Shown here piece after piece: positions 26,301 to 40,270 of a stretch of DNA of 64,000 nt; the first letter of the stretch is position 1; each line of letters begins with the position of its first letter. Made by a program: the position numbers and the translations under genes. The stretch lies in assembly GCA_012295275.1 (NCBI GenBank), contig CM022678.1:18910001-18974000 (forward strand), written 5' to 3'. Origin of the DNA: Chrysomallon squamiferum. Lineage: Eukaryota > Animalia > Mollusca. Below the pieces are notes generated by a model. It had not been told where the DNA came from, did no database searches, and saw only the letters and a program-made list of their open reading frames with translations.

Positions 26301-27900
26301 AAAGAGCTGTGACAGCCAGAAGAAAAAGCCAGACATGAAACAAACTGTACCGAGTGGATGGTGAAATATGTCTGAATTACAATGAAAGATACAAACAGGC
26401 TTCTGGTATGTTTTCTAAGTAAATTTATACCCACACACTTTTATATAACTGATAATATATATAGCATTCATCGTTCTATCACCACAAATAGTGGCAACAT
26501 ATTACTACTAAGTCAATTTTTATATTTCTTGGCTCTGAACCAAAAATATAGCTTTTTGGTGATAAATTATTTGTAATTCACACACATAATCACACGCACG
26601 TATTGTTCAGAGCTACTTCTTTTTCATTTAATTGCTAGTTTAAATCTTAAATGACCATTCTGAATGCAGTTTGTATTTAAAAAATAAAAAATTGTTTTGT
26701 TTTGATCTGTAGTTTTTGCCTCATTTAATCTGGTCATTTTAAACTTCACCGATACCTTATGATACCAATCAGTTATTTGCTATTACCATTTGTGTGTGTG
26801 GTGCACGTGCGTATGCACACACACAATTTATAGGAAATAACTGGTTAGTGTCTTATGATATGAGCTTTATCACGTACATGTGTAGACAGTTGTACTGGAC
26901 AACCCCTTACACTTTGAGATCTGAGTTTGGAAATGTACAAAGTTCTTGTAGATTTAATCATGTTTTGTGAAACTATTCATAAACACACACAATTTTTTTT
27001 TAATTCTATTTATACATGTTATATAATCATTTCTGATTGGTTGCAGTAAATTTCATAATTTGTAATATACATTCTTCTGATTGGACAGTTTTGATTTCTA
27101 GTAATTCAGTGAGATTACACTGTATATAAATTCTTTATTTTAGCTTGTTCAGAGGAAGATGGTGCTAGCTTGGGAAACAACGATCAAAAGTAAGAAAATT
27201 TAACTGTCTTTATTAAACTGTAAATTGTATTTTCTCTGTACCATTGCAATTCATAGAGAACATATCTTTATAGATTACATCATCAGTGTAAATAAATTTC
27301 TTTTCAGTTTAGTGTGAGGGTGGATGGAGAGAGACCAACTATTCAAAAAGAATAATGTGTTTGCTTTTGTTTGTATTTTTAGGACAAAACCAAGATGTGG
27401 TGACATGCCAATATCAGCCGTTACAGAGCAATCCAAGAATGATGACAAAACAGAGCTGAAACCGGCGAATTCAAAACCCTGTTCCTCTTAATGTGGTAAG
27501 ATCCACTGGAGGTAATTTTAAGAATATCACATCCCCATTGATGTTGTTTTTGATGATTCACAGCTAATTTAGAAAAAAAAAATCACCTCCCCACCTATGT
27601 TGTTGTTGGTGGTTGAGAGGTCATTTAGAAAAAAAAGACGTTAAGAAACCAACAAAAAAAAAAGAACTTAACAAAAGTGTATATTTCAGTCTTGTTTTAA
27701 TTATGTTGTGAAAATAAGATAAAGTTGAATAAAATAATTTATCAAATATTTTTATATGTCGTATATGACCTGGCTCAGATTTACTTCTGTATTTTTGGAA
27801 ACTTTGCTTAATCTCTGGTGTGTTTCATACTTTTTTTTCCTTTCAACGTTGCTAAAGCTTAATATATTATGATTGCAATTTCACTTTGATATATATTTTT
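23380..27900 (+). repeat. About 1.8-kb tandem duplication, about 2.5 copies (exons plus introns)
   Basis: Intron and exon sequence recurs at about 23400, 25130 and 26960. Confidence 0.9.
23582..27495 (+). CDS. Tandemly repeated N-terminal exons (A-B-C, A-B-C, A-B) of the kinase-like gene; the last two B/C copies are frameshifted as assembled
   Basis: AG/GT-flanked exons. A: 23582-23627, 25311-25356, 27144-27189 (46 nt each). B: 23821-23941, 25550-25661, 27383-27495. C: 24457-24580, 26280-26405. Phases chain 1>2>0>1. Peptides: CSDEDIIIVGYHNPK / TKPRCYNIPISAISKNDD / NNHRTQEKSCDSQKKKSDVKQTVRVDGEICLNYNERYKQAS. Confidence 0.6.
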
Positions 27901-28139
27901 TATATCAAAATGAATTACTGTGTGTTTGTGTATGCATTTGTGCTTTTGTGCATGATTGTTAGATAGAATTACATGAGTATTTATAGTTAAAATTACATGT
28001 ATAATGTAGAAATATGTTACTGTTGAATAACTAATGCCCATTTATAAGAAAACTGAATCATTTTTACAATTAAAATAGAATAGTGAATAGATATAATTCT
28101 GTATCTATGAATATCAGATTAATGTCCTTGTTTTTACAG

Positions 28140-29060
28140 ATAACTTTTGTAAATGGAGAGTACAAGGAAGATAAACAATTTAAACCTAACAAAAACAGTC
28201 GTTGGAATGGAAGCAATTCTGAAGTCTGTGAAGCTGAAGATCTTGGCAGAAACACAAATCATGCAGTAATTTCATTGAAATTTATCTTGTGCACTTTGAT
28301 TTTATAGGAAATGCTTTCTTTTATATAAACATAAACATACCATCTGGTAAAATTTGTGGAATGGAAATTTTGTTGATCAGTTATTATTTTATTCACAGAC
28401 TGATATTAATCCCTTTATGAATCTGTTCTCTTCATACATTCCTTTTTAAATATCCATCCATTTATTCAGACAGTGATTTTCATTTGTTAATGTCATGATT
28501 GCAGTGACATAATTTGATGAATTTCAGATTAAGACCACTAAGTTTAGAAAATGGGAAGTAAAATGTTCGCTTGATTTGAATGAAACCACATTTGTGCCGA
28601 AGTTGTATCTGATTAGAATAGAAGGGAATCAGATCTGTCATCACATGGAATTTCTTAAGAAAGGTGAGAAGAAGCAAAATTTTTGTTGTTTTTTATTTAT
28701 TTAAAAATACCTCTTTGCTACCCTGAAACAAATGAGGACAAATGTTCATACCAGTGTATATGTTTGATGTTTCGTTTTATCATTTTATATATAACTGCAG
28801 ATATTAAACTTTGTTTTATTTACTGGCTTGTTACATATAAAATTATTATGACTGTATGAATTATGACTAGTTCAAAAAGTTAGTAATGAAATATAATCTT
28901 TGTAAAAAGAATTTCACAATAACAGTATATGCATGTAAATACCAAATGTTTTTAGTGTTAAATAAACATTTGTTCTTATTTAAATTATTTTCATAATGAT
29001 TTCTGTCAAACAACGTACTTGCATATTCTTTCATTCTATTTCATTTTAATTTTTATTGCT

Positions 29061-29104
<44 letters not shown>

Positions 29105-29561
29105 GTTTTGTTTTATATTATATAAAATGCAGCATTTACACTTCATCACATCAGGAGAAATGTAAATGAAACATGTCGCTGTCTGCTTGCTTCGCGCATT
29201 CTCAAGAAATTACTCACTAGAATGAGGAAGATGCATGGAGTGGGCTGGACTCATGGAGACCTGCATGGTTTGGAGCATTTTAATTACTTCGGACATTTAC
29301 AGAGTCCTTAGAATACCAAAATGGATCTTATATTGCGTAGCATTTGACAGTTATTGAGTTATGCAAATATTTTTATTCCTGGTATTGTTATTTTTGTATT
29401 GATACAACTCCCATGTCCACAGTTTGAGTGGCTGTAAAAATGTGTCTAATTAAAATCACTGAAAACTCTGACTAAACTTAACTGAGAAAGATCAATGTTC
29501 TGTTTTCAAATTTTATTTTATTATATTTGTTATTATTGAAATTGTTTTTTTCTGTCATTGT

Positions 29562-29599
<38 letters not shown>

Positions 29600-30659
29600 A
29601 AATAAAGAAATTATTCAGTGCTAACTCAAAAGTGAATAATGCAATTTAATCCTCGATTTGATTCATAAGATCTCATTTTCAGTATCAAGCACTGTCAGTT
29701 TTATAAAACAGATAATCTATTTCGTAAATGTGATTTTATCTTTTGAAAAAAAAATAAAGTTGATTGAACTAATTGTTTCAACCGTATTAGTGAAAAGATT
29801 AAAAGAATAAAAAATGTTTCATAAAAGAAATAAGAACAGCAGACTGAACATGATCTTTTTGTATTTGTCATCTTTTTAACAGTTGTGTGGTAAAAGCTCG
29901 AATAAAATCAGTTGATATTAAATTTTAAAAATAATAATAAGAATAACATAAGTACAAGAAAACTATTTTATCAATTTTCATTTATTTATTTATTCATTTT
30001 CTTAGTTAGTTAGTTAGTTTAATTTGATTTGTTTTGATTTGAACTAATTTAATTTAATTTATTTACCTTCCAGAGTGGAACATAATGATTAAGAAAAATG
30101 GGAATGTATTTGTCATAGATTACGGTGAAGGCAGGCACAAAGACAAGGGAGGAGGACTTTCTGCAGATAGCCACGCTATTTTGCACCTTCTACACTGGAA
30201 AATTGTTTCAAGCAGAAGATCTGCAAAAAAATCGTTTAGAAGAAGTAAGAATAGAAATAATATTATTGTAGTTACTGAGATTATGTGTGTTCCTTTATCA
30301 TTATGATTTTTATTATTGTTGTTATTTTCATTATTATTGTTAATATTGATAATTTTTATTCCTTTGTTATTATTAATATCATTACTAGTCAGTATAATTA
30401 TCATTATTATTATTATTATTTTATTATTATTTTTTTTAATACATTCAAAATTGTTTTAATATAAAATGTATATTTTAATGACAATGAAAAACAGTCATCA
30501 GTAATTATTATTTTTGATTTTGTTGATGTTGCTGTTATTATTAATATAGATGCAGGGATATTTTTTTTATTAATATAGCTGTTTTTTCTCATTCTTCAAT
30601 TTTATTTTCCATTTGTTTTGTTTTATTTATTTGTTTGTTTGTTTTATTTTATTTTATTA

Positions 30660-30724
<65 letters not shown>

Positions 30725-31212
30725 TTATTTTTTATTTTGTTTTTGCTAGATCTTGAAAGATTTTAAAGGTTTGAATGATGACCAGAAACGTGAACTCTGC
30801 AGTCTTGTTAAAGAAATTGTAAGCCTCTCAGGAGATGATGATGCAATTAAATGCCTGATCAACAAATTAAAAGAAAAATTTGAAAAAGGTATGTACCAGA
30901 CTGAATAGATCCTTTATATTTTATTTTCTTTGTTTATTTCTTTATTTATTTTCTATGAATATATTGACATATTTACTAAAAAGATGTATAACTGATAATT
31001 AATTACAGTCCACAGGTGATTAGTTCCAGGGATGAAGAGGTGTGTTACATCAAGTAGAAATATGTTCAGTTTTGTTTATTTAGTTATTCAAATTTTCCTG
31101 TGTTTATTTATTTACTCATTTATTCATTCAGTACCTCAGTTATTTATATCTTTATTTTTCGTTACTTAATGTTTTCCCTTTCTTTTTTTTTTTTTTTTTT
31201 TTTTTCATTGTC

Positions 31213-31244
<32 letters not shown>

Positions 31245-33090
31245 TTTTTGTTTTTTTTTTTCTCATTCATTGTCTTACTGCTGTTTTTCTTTCTTTCTGT
31301 CATCATCTGTCACTTTATGCAGGTTCCTTATAACTAATTTATTTGGATTTATAACAATTGTTTATTCTGATGATAAACATTTTTTTTTTTTCAGAAAATT
31401 TTGATGGAAAGCTTCAGAATATTGAAGAATCTTTCTCAAAACAGGAATTTGTAGATATCCATTCAAGTTCAGGGTCAGAGGTCAGTAAAGATTAAAGTTC
31501 TATTATGATGAGTGGTTGATAGAAAAAGATGAAGGTTACTCAATAAACAAAACACAAAGATTAGAATATTAATGTTTGTTTTGATAAAATATCAATATAT
31601 TTGAGAAGAATATTTTTCTTTAAAAAAAATAATAATAACATAAATACTATACATTATTTAATTTTTTGTCTTGAAAGGTTTAAAATATTTTTAAGTTAAG
31701 GGTTATGAAAATACTTGTGTGAAAATTTGGATATTTATCTATACAGATTATGAGTTGTTTTAAAAAAACCTACGTATTAGGACAAAGAAAGTTCAATTTC
31801 AGTTGATTATAATATTAATGAGAATTTAAATGAGAGAATTAGGACATTTGAAAAACAAATGTTACTTAAGGGACTCAAAATATAGGTTTTATATATTTTT
31901 TTTTTTTTTTTTTTTTTATTATTATTATCATTATTTGTTAAAAGTTATTTCAGATTTGGAAAGTTTTGATATAAGAGAGTGTGTGTAATTTTTATCATTA
32001 TTGTGCAGTAGGTTGGATTTTTTCTGTTATTTATTTATTTTTTTTTCTGTTGTTAATACTTTCATTTTTAGATATTTACTAATGTCCTTATTAAGAAAAT
32101 TGAAATATCTTTCTCTATTATGAGTTTATTACCAAGATTTTTTTTTTTTTTTTTTTTTTTCAGTCAAAAATCTGATTTATTTAAAACCTTTATCTGTTTT
32201 CAGTGGTTTATTTATTATTGTTGTTGTTGTTTCAAATTTCCTCTCATGACGTCATTTTAAATAACTGAACAGAATTATTTGAACTTTTTTATCAGGGTTT
32301 AGAGAAGGATTCTGGAAATGGAGCTGCACAAAAGCAGGTAATGTGTGAATTTGTATTTATTTTCTTTCTTAGTTTTTTTTTTTTTTTTTTTATAATTATT
32401 GGTCATAGTAAAGAGATACTCATTCTCTACTTAATATATGTTCAAACTTCCCTTTACATTTTAATGGTGTTTTCAGTGTTGTTGAAGAAGTTGTTCTTAC
32501 ATTGTTGAATCTACATACATATATTTGATAAATTGATTGTCTAACATTGTAAGTGCTAAAAATAGAAATGAGAATAATGAATAGTAGTAAATAGAGTGAG
32601 TTATCTGTGATATACTATGAGTTGTCTTCAAAATATATATACATTGGAATAAAGAAAGTCTAATTTCAGTTGGTTATATTATTAACACAAATTTAAAATA
32701 GAGAATTAGGACATTAACAAAAAATTGTTACATAAGGGACTTTAAATATAGGTCATTTTATTTTATTAATTTTTCAAATTTTTAATTTGATCGGTTTTTG
32801 GATATTTACTAATGTCCTTATTGAGTAGATTTAAATATTTTTCTCTATTATGAGTTTATTTACGATTTTTTTGTCAAAAAACTGATTTATTTTAAAAGTT
32901 TTGTCAGTTTTCAATGGTTTATTTATTATTATGGTTGTTGTTTGTGGTCTTTTTTTTTTTTTTTTTTCAAATTTTCTCTTATGATGTCAATTTATGTAAC
33001 TGAACAGAATTATTAGCCTTTTTTTCTTTTTTTTTACAGGATTCTGTTTGTCTGCAAAAAACATCTGGAAATGAAGCTGCACAGAACTAG
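28140..33090 (+). CDS. Divergent protein kinase, NIK/COT (MAP3K14/MAP3K8)-like; multi-exon, possibly pseudogenised
   Basis: Exons 28140-28265, 28528-28663, 29133-29267, 30074-30244, 30750-30888, 31395-31480, 32296-32337, 33040-33090 (TAG). Spliced: ITFVNGEYKEDKQFKPNKNSRWNGSNSEVCEAEDLGRNTNHAIKTTKFRKWEVKCSLDLNETTFVPKLYLIRIEGNQICHHMEFLKKAFTL...RKMHGVGWTHGDLHEWNIMIKKNGNVFVIDYGEG. Has the AIK lysine, alphaC Glu, HGDLxxxN and DYG. One phase mismatch after exon 30074-30244. Confidence 0.8.
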
Positions 33091-33105
33091 GTGATGTGTG
33101 AATTA
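31740..33105 (+). repeat. Tandem duplication of the last intron+exon unit of the kinase gene (about 0.75-0.9 kb offset)
   Basis: 31740-32350 matches 32615-33105; exons GLEKDSGNGAAQKQ and DSVCLQKTSGNEAAQN*. Confidence 0.8.
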
Positions 33106-33392
33106 CTAAGCCACATCAAAAAAAAAAAATCAACACTGAAATGAAAATATTTCTCTTGACTTATTTGTCAGATGACTTATTGCAGAAGAAGTTTTTTTCT
33201 CGTTAAATGACTCTAGATTGGTGATACAATTTTCTTCAGATGGATCATTACTGCTTCATCTTTTTCTCTAGATTAAGTTGTCTCATAATTAAAACCTTGT
33301 CACGTGACGCTATTATAGTCTGCTACCTTATAGACGGGGGACGAACCCAATTTTAGGTATTATACAATTCAGACTAGTCACCGTGACACTTG

Positions 33393-33439
<47 letters not shown>

Positions 33440-34647
33440 TTGTGTCTTACATTGTAGCAGTGCTACAAAAATAGAAATGAGAATATGTATAACTAAGAAG
33501 TTTAGTCTGTTTTTCTGATGCAGGATGGTTTATTATTATTATTATTATTATTTATTACTAGTTTTTTTATTACATTTTATTACTTTTTTATTTTTATTTT
33601 TTAAGTGTTTTCTTATTTTTGTAAATAGTTTTTGTTACCTACTGACAATTTATTTGTAGATTTTAATGATCTTCAAGATATGGTTCTGTGTTTTAAGATC
33701 TGAAGTTACGGGTATTAACGTAAGAGCAGAACAAATTTATATTTCTATTTTTAGCATGACCAGACAAACAGCTTACAAGATGGCTGCTGTTTTCTTTCCT
33801 GTTCCAACCATATACCCAGCAGAACAGCTTTATCAAAAGCTGTTAAAGCATGTTTCAATATAGAAACACTTATTAAACATTTGTTTAGAACTAAGTAGTC
33901 AGCAGGTTTCTTCTCTTGTATCATTTAATAAACTACATTGTTGGCCTCAGATGCTGTTGGTTGTGGGATCAACCTTCAGTCCCACTATGCTGAAATAGTA
34001 ATAATGGACTAAAGGCTCATAAAGGAATTTGCTGCTGCTATGTATTCATGCCTGATACTAGTTTTTAACCAACACCAGAGAAAAAAATTGAAGAAAAATA
34101 CAACAAAACTTTAAGGCAGTAATGTCTTCAAATGTATTACTAAACTGTTTTAACAATACAGTCAGCAAAAGGTAAACGGAGTAGCAGCACTTTATCAATC
34201 TAATTTAAATTTGAAAATTTAATTTTTTCGTATTTAAATGCAATTCTAATTTAAAATATAGAAATAATATGTAGGAGTAAAACACTACTACTACTATTAC
34301 TGCTATTTCTACTATAACTACTGCTACTATTAACAACTATTTCTGCTACAACTACTGCTGATAATAATGGTTGTTACGTAATCAAACAAAAATTAGCAGT
34401 ATCGTGATTTATTAAGGAATAACTTTCCAGTCCACTTTCAAATCATGATCTCGAAAAAAAAAAAAAAAAAAAATCAATAAATAAAATGATATAAATGAAC
34501 GAATCTAAGTATCAATAGTACTAATGCGATGAATGAACAGAAAATATTAGAAAGATAGATGGATGTAGATCGTCTAATAAAGAGAGCGACGTAGACGAGT
34601 TTGTTTTATTGTCTTTTGTCATCGTTAAACAAAACCACATGAAAATA

Positions 34648-34756
<109 letters not shown>

Positions 34757-36315
34757 CAAAAATAGGTATTGAAAAACATATACGCCATAGAGACACAAAA
34801 CAACACAAGCGTAATTCTTATTTCTTCAATACACTTACACACGTTTTCCACTTTTGGTCTTTCGAATGTTCTTGATAGCCGTCCTACATTTATAAACAAA
34901 CAAACAACTAAAACGCGATGTAATTAACTTAAAATAAAGAAAAAGAGAAGAAGAAAGAAATGAAGAAATGATATTGGTAATTTTAAAATATATTAGACTT
35001 TTATGTAGTAATAAGTTAGTTTTATTTTTATGCTAATGATCGACACAATTCAAACTAATTAACACATTTAAACAACATGAAAATTAAGATCATTCACACG
35101 GTAGAAATAATAGAGCAGCAACAACAACAACTGTGAAAAAAAAATACTGAGAAAAATAACTAGTAACAATAACAATTAGAGTGACAATAACAAAAACAAT
35201 AACGATATTAATAATAATAATAATAATAATAATCATCATCATCATCAATATCGTCATCACTGTCATCAGCTTATTGTTTTTAATTTTCTTTTTTTTTCGT
35301 TTGTTATGGTTGTTGCTGCTGATGCTGCTGATTTTGAAATTTTCACTTCTTGTAAATATTATTAAATATTTGTTTTTGACATATAAAATAGTTATTTTAT
35401 TAATAATTATTACTGTTTTGCTATTATTAAATAAATAAATAAATCTAGTGTACAATGTCAAAACTGTGCTTAACGTTTCGCAAAGAACAACTAAAACTTA
35501 GCAGTTCAATTCTGTCTAACAAAAAATATCCTGGAAAAATAAATGAATTAATACACCGCTTACAAACATGAAAAATAAATAAATAAATAAATAACAAACA
35601 AAAGGAACGCATAAATATATGAATGCAGGCATGTGCATAGGTAGGTATGCAAATATTTACGATAACTGAACAATATTTGTTTATTCATATAAATATAATT
35701 ATGTCCTTTTGTGTTTTTCAATGTAAACAAAACGCTTTTGTTTTTTGCAATTTTGTTTGTTTCTTTTGGTCGGTATAATTACTTACACAGAAGTAACCTA
35801 CTTTTTAATTTCAGCTTTTCTTTGAAATATATCAAACAAACCCATTTGTTTACTAAATACCACTTTTGTTTGTTCCCAACATCGACAGTGGTGTCTAGGA
35901 TACGCGGTGACGTCATAATGTTTTGAACACATGTTGAAAGATAATTAACCTTGCCGAGTTGAAGCTCTATTTCAGCATGCATTTAGTGTTCATAATAATT
36001 TGATATATATATATATATAAAATAGAATAAATGGAAACGATTTCTGTAATCTAAATAACTGTTACTGGTATTTATATTTTTATTAGAAACTTGAATTCAG
36101 GACGGAAGGAAACAGCGAGTTGTAACACGAGTTATTCCTCTTGACGAGTCCAAACATTTCTTACAGGAAAGAAACTGAAATTATGTGAAAAATAACCGAA
36201 TCAGTAAATATATAAATAAATAAACAAACAAATAAATAAATGGCAGAATACCTAGGCCGCTCTTTCAACATGTTTGTTGTTTCTTACTTGATTGCATTAG
36301 TAATTTTTCTTTTAA

Positions 36316-36358
<43 letters not shown>

Positions 36359-37669
36359 CAAATGATAGTTAATTTCAAAACTTCAATCTTTATTTTTATA
36401 AATTCGTTATTACTTATATATAAATGTGTCTCACTGCATTTTTCTTTTAAAATTCATTTCAGATTTACAGCTTGGTCAAACCAGATTTATCAAACGGCAA
36501 GAACAACTAACAGGTGTATATCTGTATATGCTAGTATTTAGAAATAATACTTCTATTTGACTGTAACGTTATTGATTCATCTAATGCGTGTTACTTTATC
36601 TACACGTTTATTTCAAACATTCAGAGTCCAGTTTCATGATAGAGAACACAGAATGTCTCTTAACATGCAGATACTGTACGTGCAATGAAAATAAAATGTG
36701 ATAATTTCAAATGTTTACTTCCTGGGGACTGAACATCGGCTTAATTCGGGGTATATAGACACGGAAACCGAACTAAAATAAAATCAGAACAAAATAAAAC
36801 AAGAACAGTTAAAATAAGTAAAGATATCAAAGGCTCAAATTGAAAATTACAAAATATGAAATTATAAACAATTCATTTATAATCAATAGAAGTCAGAATT
36901 ACTAAGACGCTGAATATGTAATAATGAATTTCGTTACTGTAAGAAGAGCAGCCTTTGACACAAGACACGCCCTTTTCCGTTAGACTCAATAATACCCGAT
37001 CTACGCAAAAAGAAAGGGCGATAACTTACAAGTTGTACACATTAGTGTACATAAAACAGAATACCTTATACACAGGCTTTGCTGTTAGACGCTCGAAGTC
37101 ACGATATATATACAAAGAAAGGTGGATACAGTTCAAGTAATACACATACATGTACCTAAAATAGAGTACATTACAAACGTTCGGAACGGGCAAACTTTTA
37201 ACGTATCCAGTTCATTAAGCTATTCACATATATAAAGACAGAAACACAATTTAAATTATCTCATATTGATAATAAGTAAACACCAGACATTAATAAATAA
37301 ACGGTGCTATTTGAAATATCTTTAAAATTTGGCAGACAAATAATTTTTTCCAAGGTTAATACTGAAGATTATACCTGAATTCTGGTCTAACATGTACGTT
37401 TACTATTTTAAGAAATACTGGGTGACATGTGATATATCGGTATCAAAGAAACTAGTTAGCCATACGTTTTCTTCCAGGTGCGAATACTGGTGTCATAGTA
37501 AACTACTTAACTCTGAATGATCGTGTTTGTGTTCAGTTCACAATAAAACATAGTTAGAATTTCAATACCGCCTGACGTATATTGGCAAATGAACAAGGGT
37601 GTTCATTGTAGGTGAATACTTCAATGTAGAAAATACTGATATTTGTTTTCGTTTCGAATTTAACTTCTC

Positions 37670-37809
37670 AGAGAGTCAGCGCTACATTTAGACGTACCCG
37701 ACCTAAGTTGTTGAAGTCTTGAAAGACATGTTTAACGTGAAATGAAATATATTGGAGAGGATTAGAACATTTATTTTGTATACGCAAAAAAACAACAAAA
37801 AAAAACAAC

Positions 37810-37862
<53 letters not shown>

Positions 37863-38547
37863 GATAACGATGCACATAGTTTTAATGGAAATGATCTCTG
37901 GAAGCTGAAAGTAGCAAACTGTGGATATTACATACCGCGTGTTTTATTTCTGTATCAATAACCAACAAACAGCCTGCCTTCTTTCAGATAATTAATTTGT
38001 CATAAGACATATTGTATTTCTAAATTATAATTTATTATATATATTAACGACATACGGTGATTAGTGTGTTTGTATTCTTGCATATAATAGCATTAGAAAA
38101 CATTCCATATACAGGCTTTATTATTATTATTATTATTATTATTGTTGTTGTTGTTGTTGTTGTTAGCCGCGACAAGCTTCCGTGCTAATGACAACTTGAA
38201 GCGAATCCGGATAACAAAACCACTTCATACACAGAGACTGGTGAACCTTTAGTTTGGCCTGAATACAAAAAAATCTAACAGTTTATTTAAATATACACGA
38301 ATACTCAAAGTTTATGCTATTTTTTTTCCATCTGCACAAAAATTAATGTTATTTTATTTCTAACAGGCCGAAAATGAATGTATTGATACGAACTATTATA
38401 AAAGAGGTAAACGAAACAACAGATTAAAAATGCTGTTCGCCTCATAATAAAAGAAACTTACGAATCTGGATGGTAAAGTTTGTTAAGATAGGTTAGAAAT
38501 TTTCTTCGAAGGTGGAAATGAATATTAATGGTAGTAATATAATAGTC

Positions 38548-38624
<77 letters not shown>

Positions 38625-40181
38625 AAACAATAACAATAATATAAAGAAGAAGAAGAAGAAGAAGCAGAAGAAATTACAAAGGCTCAGTATTTCATTGTAT
38701 TAGCTATTTCAAAATAAAAAATGGACTGTTCTGCCGTGCACGTGTATATAGTAAGGGGTTATAGTCATGAATGTGTTTATACTGTTTTCATGCAAGAAGG
38801 CCATGAAGTGTAATTTACAAATACAGAAGAAGAATATAATTAAATAGAAGATCTCTGATCTTGATAGCGCATAAAGCTCATAGATATAATACGGCTGTGT
38901 GGTTATGAATGTGTTTATATTTTTGTCACGCAACAAGGTCATAACTTTACCTTATCAGGTGGCATCCCCTATATAGCGTTCAGACTGATTATCTAGTTTT
39001 ATTATATCGATTCTTGAAATTCAAAAAGTAAAGACGACACCTGATATATATATATATATAAACTGAAAAGGTGAAGCTATCCCTGTTTTTGACTCTCCGT
39101 TTGAGAGTAAGGAAGAAGCAGCGAGAACGTGTAAGTTTGATTTAACATTTGTTATTACGATCAGATACTGGATATTTAAGTAACGTATTATTCATTATTT
39201 GTGTCTTAAAATAAGAAATTCATTCATGAATTGTCTAGTAATATAGGCAAGTTATAACTGCAAGGAAGTGTAATATACAAATACACAAGAAGCAAATAAC
39301 ACAAAAATTAGATTTAGAGAAGCGTGAGGGAAAAATCATTTTATTAGTAGTAGTAGTATTTATTATTTTTTTATTTTTTATTTTACCTTTATAATCTCGA
39401 CGCAGGTCAGTTCGATGATTATTCTCTGAAAGAGAAACTATAGAGCTATGACTCCTCAAAATTTTGTAAAAAGAAAAAAAAAATCCTACTAAAAACTGTT
39501 TAGTAAATACTTCTTACATCTCCCGGGTCTCTTTGCTGGCTATATTTTCTTGTATATTTCAAAGACCTAATCTTGCACACCCGTTTCTGTTTCTGTAGTG
39601 TTTAAAGCGGCTGATAGCTGTGATATTTTTAATTTATATAGGCTGATAAAAATGAGTAATAGGTAGAACTGTTCAGTCCTAGTGGTTTTAGATAATATGA
39701 GTTGTTTATAGGTTAGCATTAGTTCAAGCAAAGGACAAATTTAAAAAAAAAAAAAAACGTACTATGTGAGTTCAGAACGTAAACATGATATTTCCAAACG
39801 TATATAGCTTATGTTTCCACGAAAATTAGTCACGTGTGCTATGTCTTTGTTTAATCACGTTCTCGAAAATTAATAGTTAAATTACTTAGAAAATAAATAT
39901 ATAAAGATAGCATTAAATTTATTATTTCATGTTACATTTCTAAATAATTATCCAGTGTCTAGTTACACAAACGAAATAAATTCGCTGACGAACGTACACC
40001 TTATTCTTGTTTCCATAAATTACTGATTCGTGTTTCAGTTTGTTTAATCACGTTTACCAAATAACTAAATTTCAAGTTAGGATAAAATATATATATATAT
40101 CATATTCATGAATTTTATTTAGTTTTATTTTTCTGAAGATTACTACCCTGCGAAAGAAAAACAACAACAACAAAAAAAGTA

Positions 40182-40226
<45 letters not shown>

Positions 40227-40231
40227 TATTA

Positions 40232-40270
<39 letters not shown>

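Noticed and set aside
38700-39700. An inverted, plus-strand TPR-TIR gene copy
   Set aside because: Only intron-like modules match; neither the MAAKTEQ exon nor the large exon was found on the plus strand.
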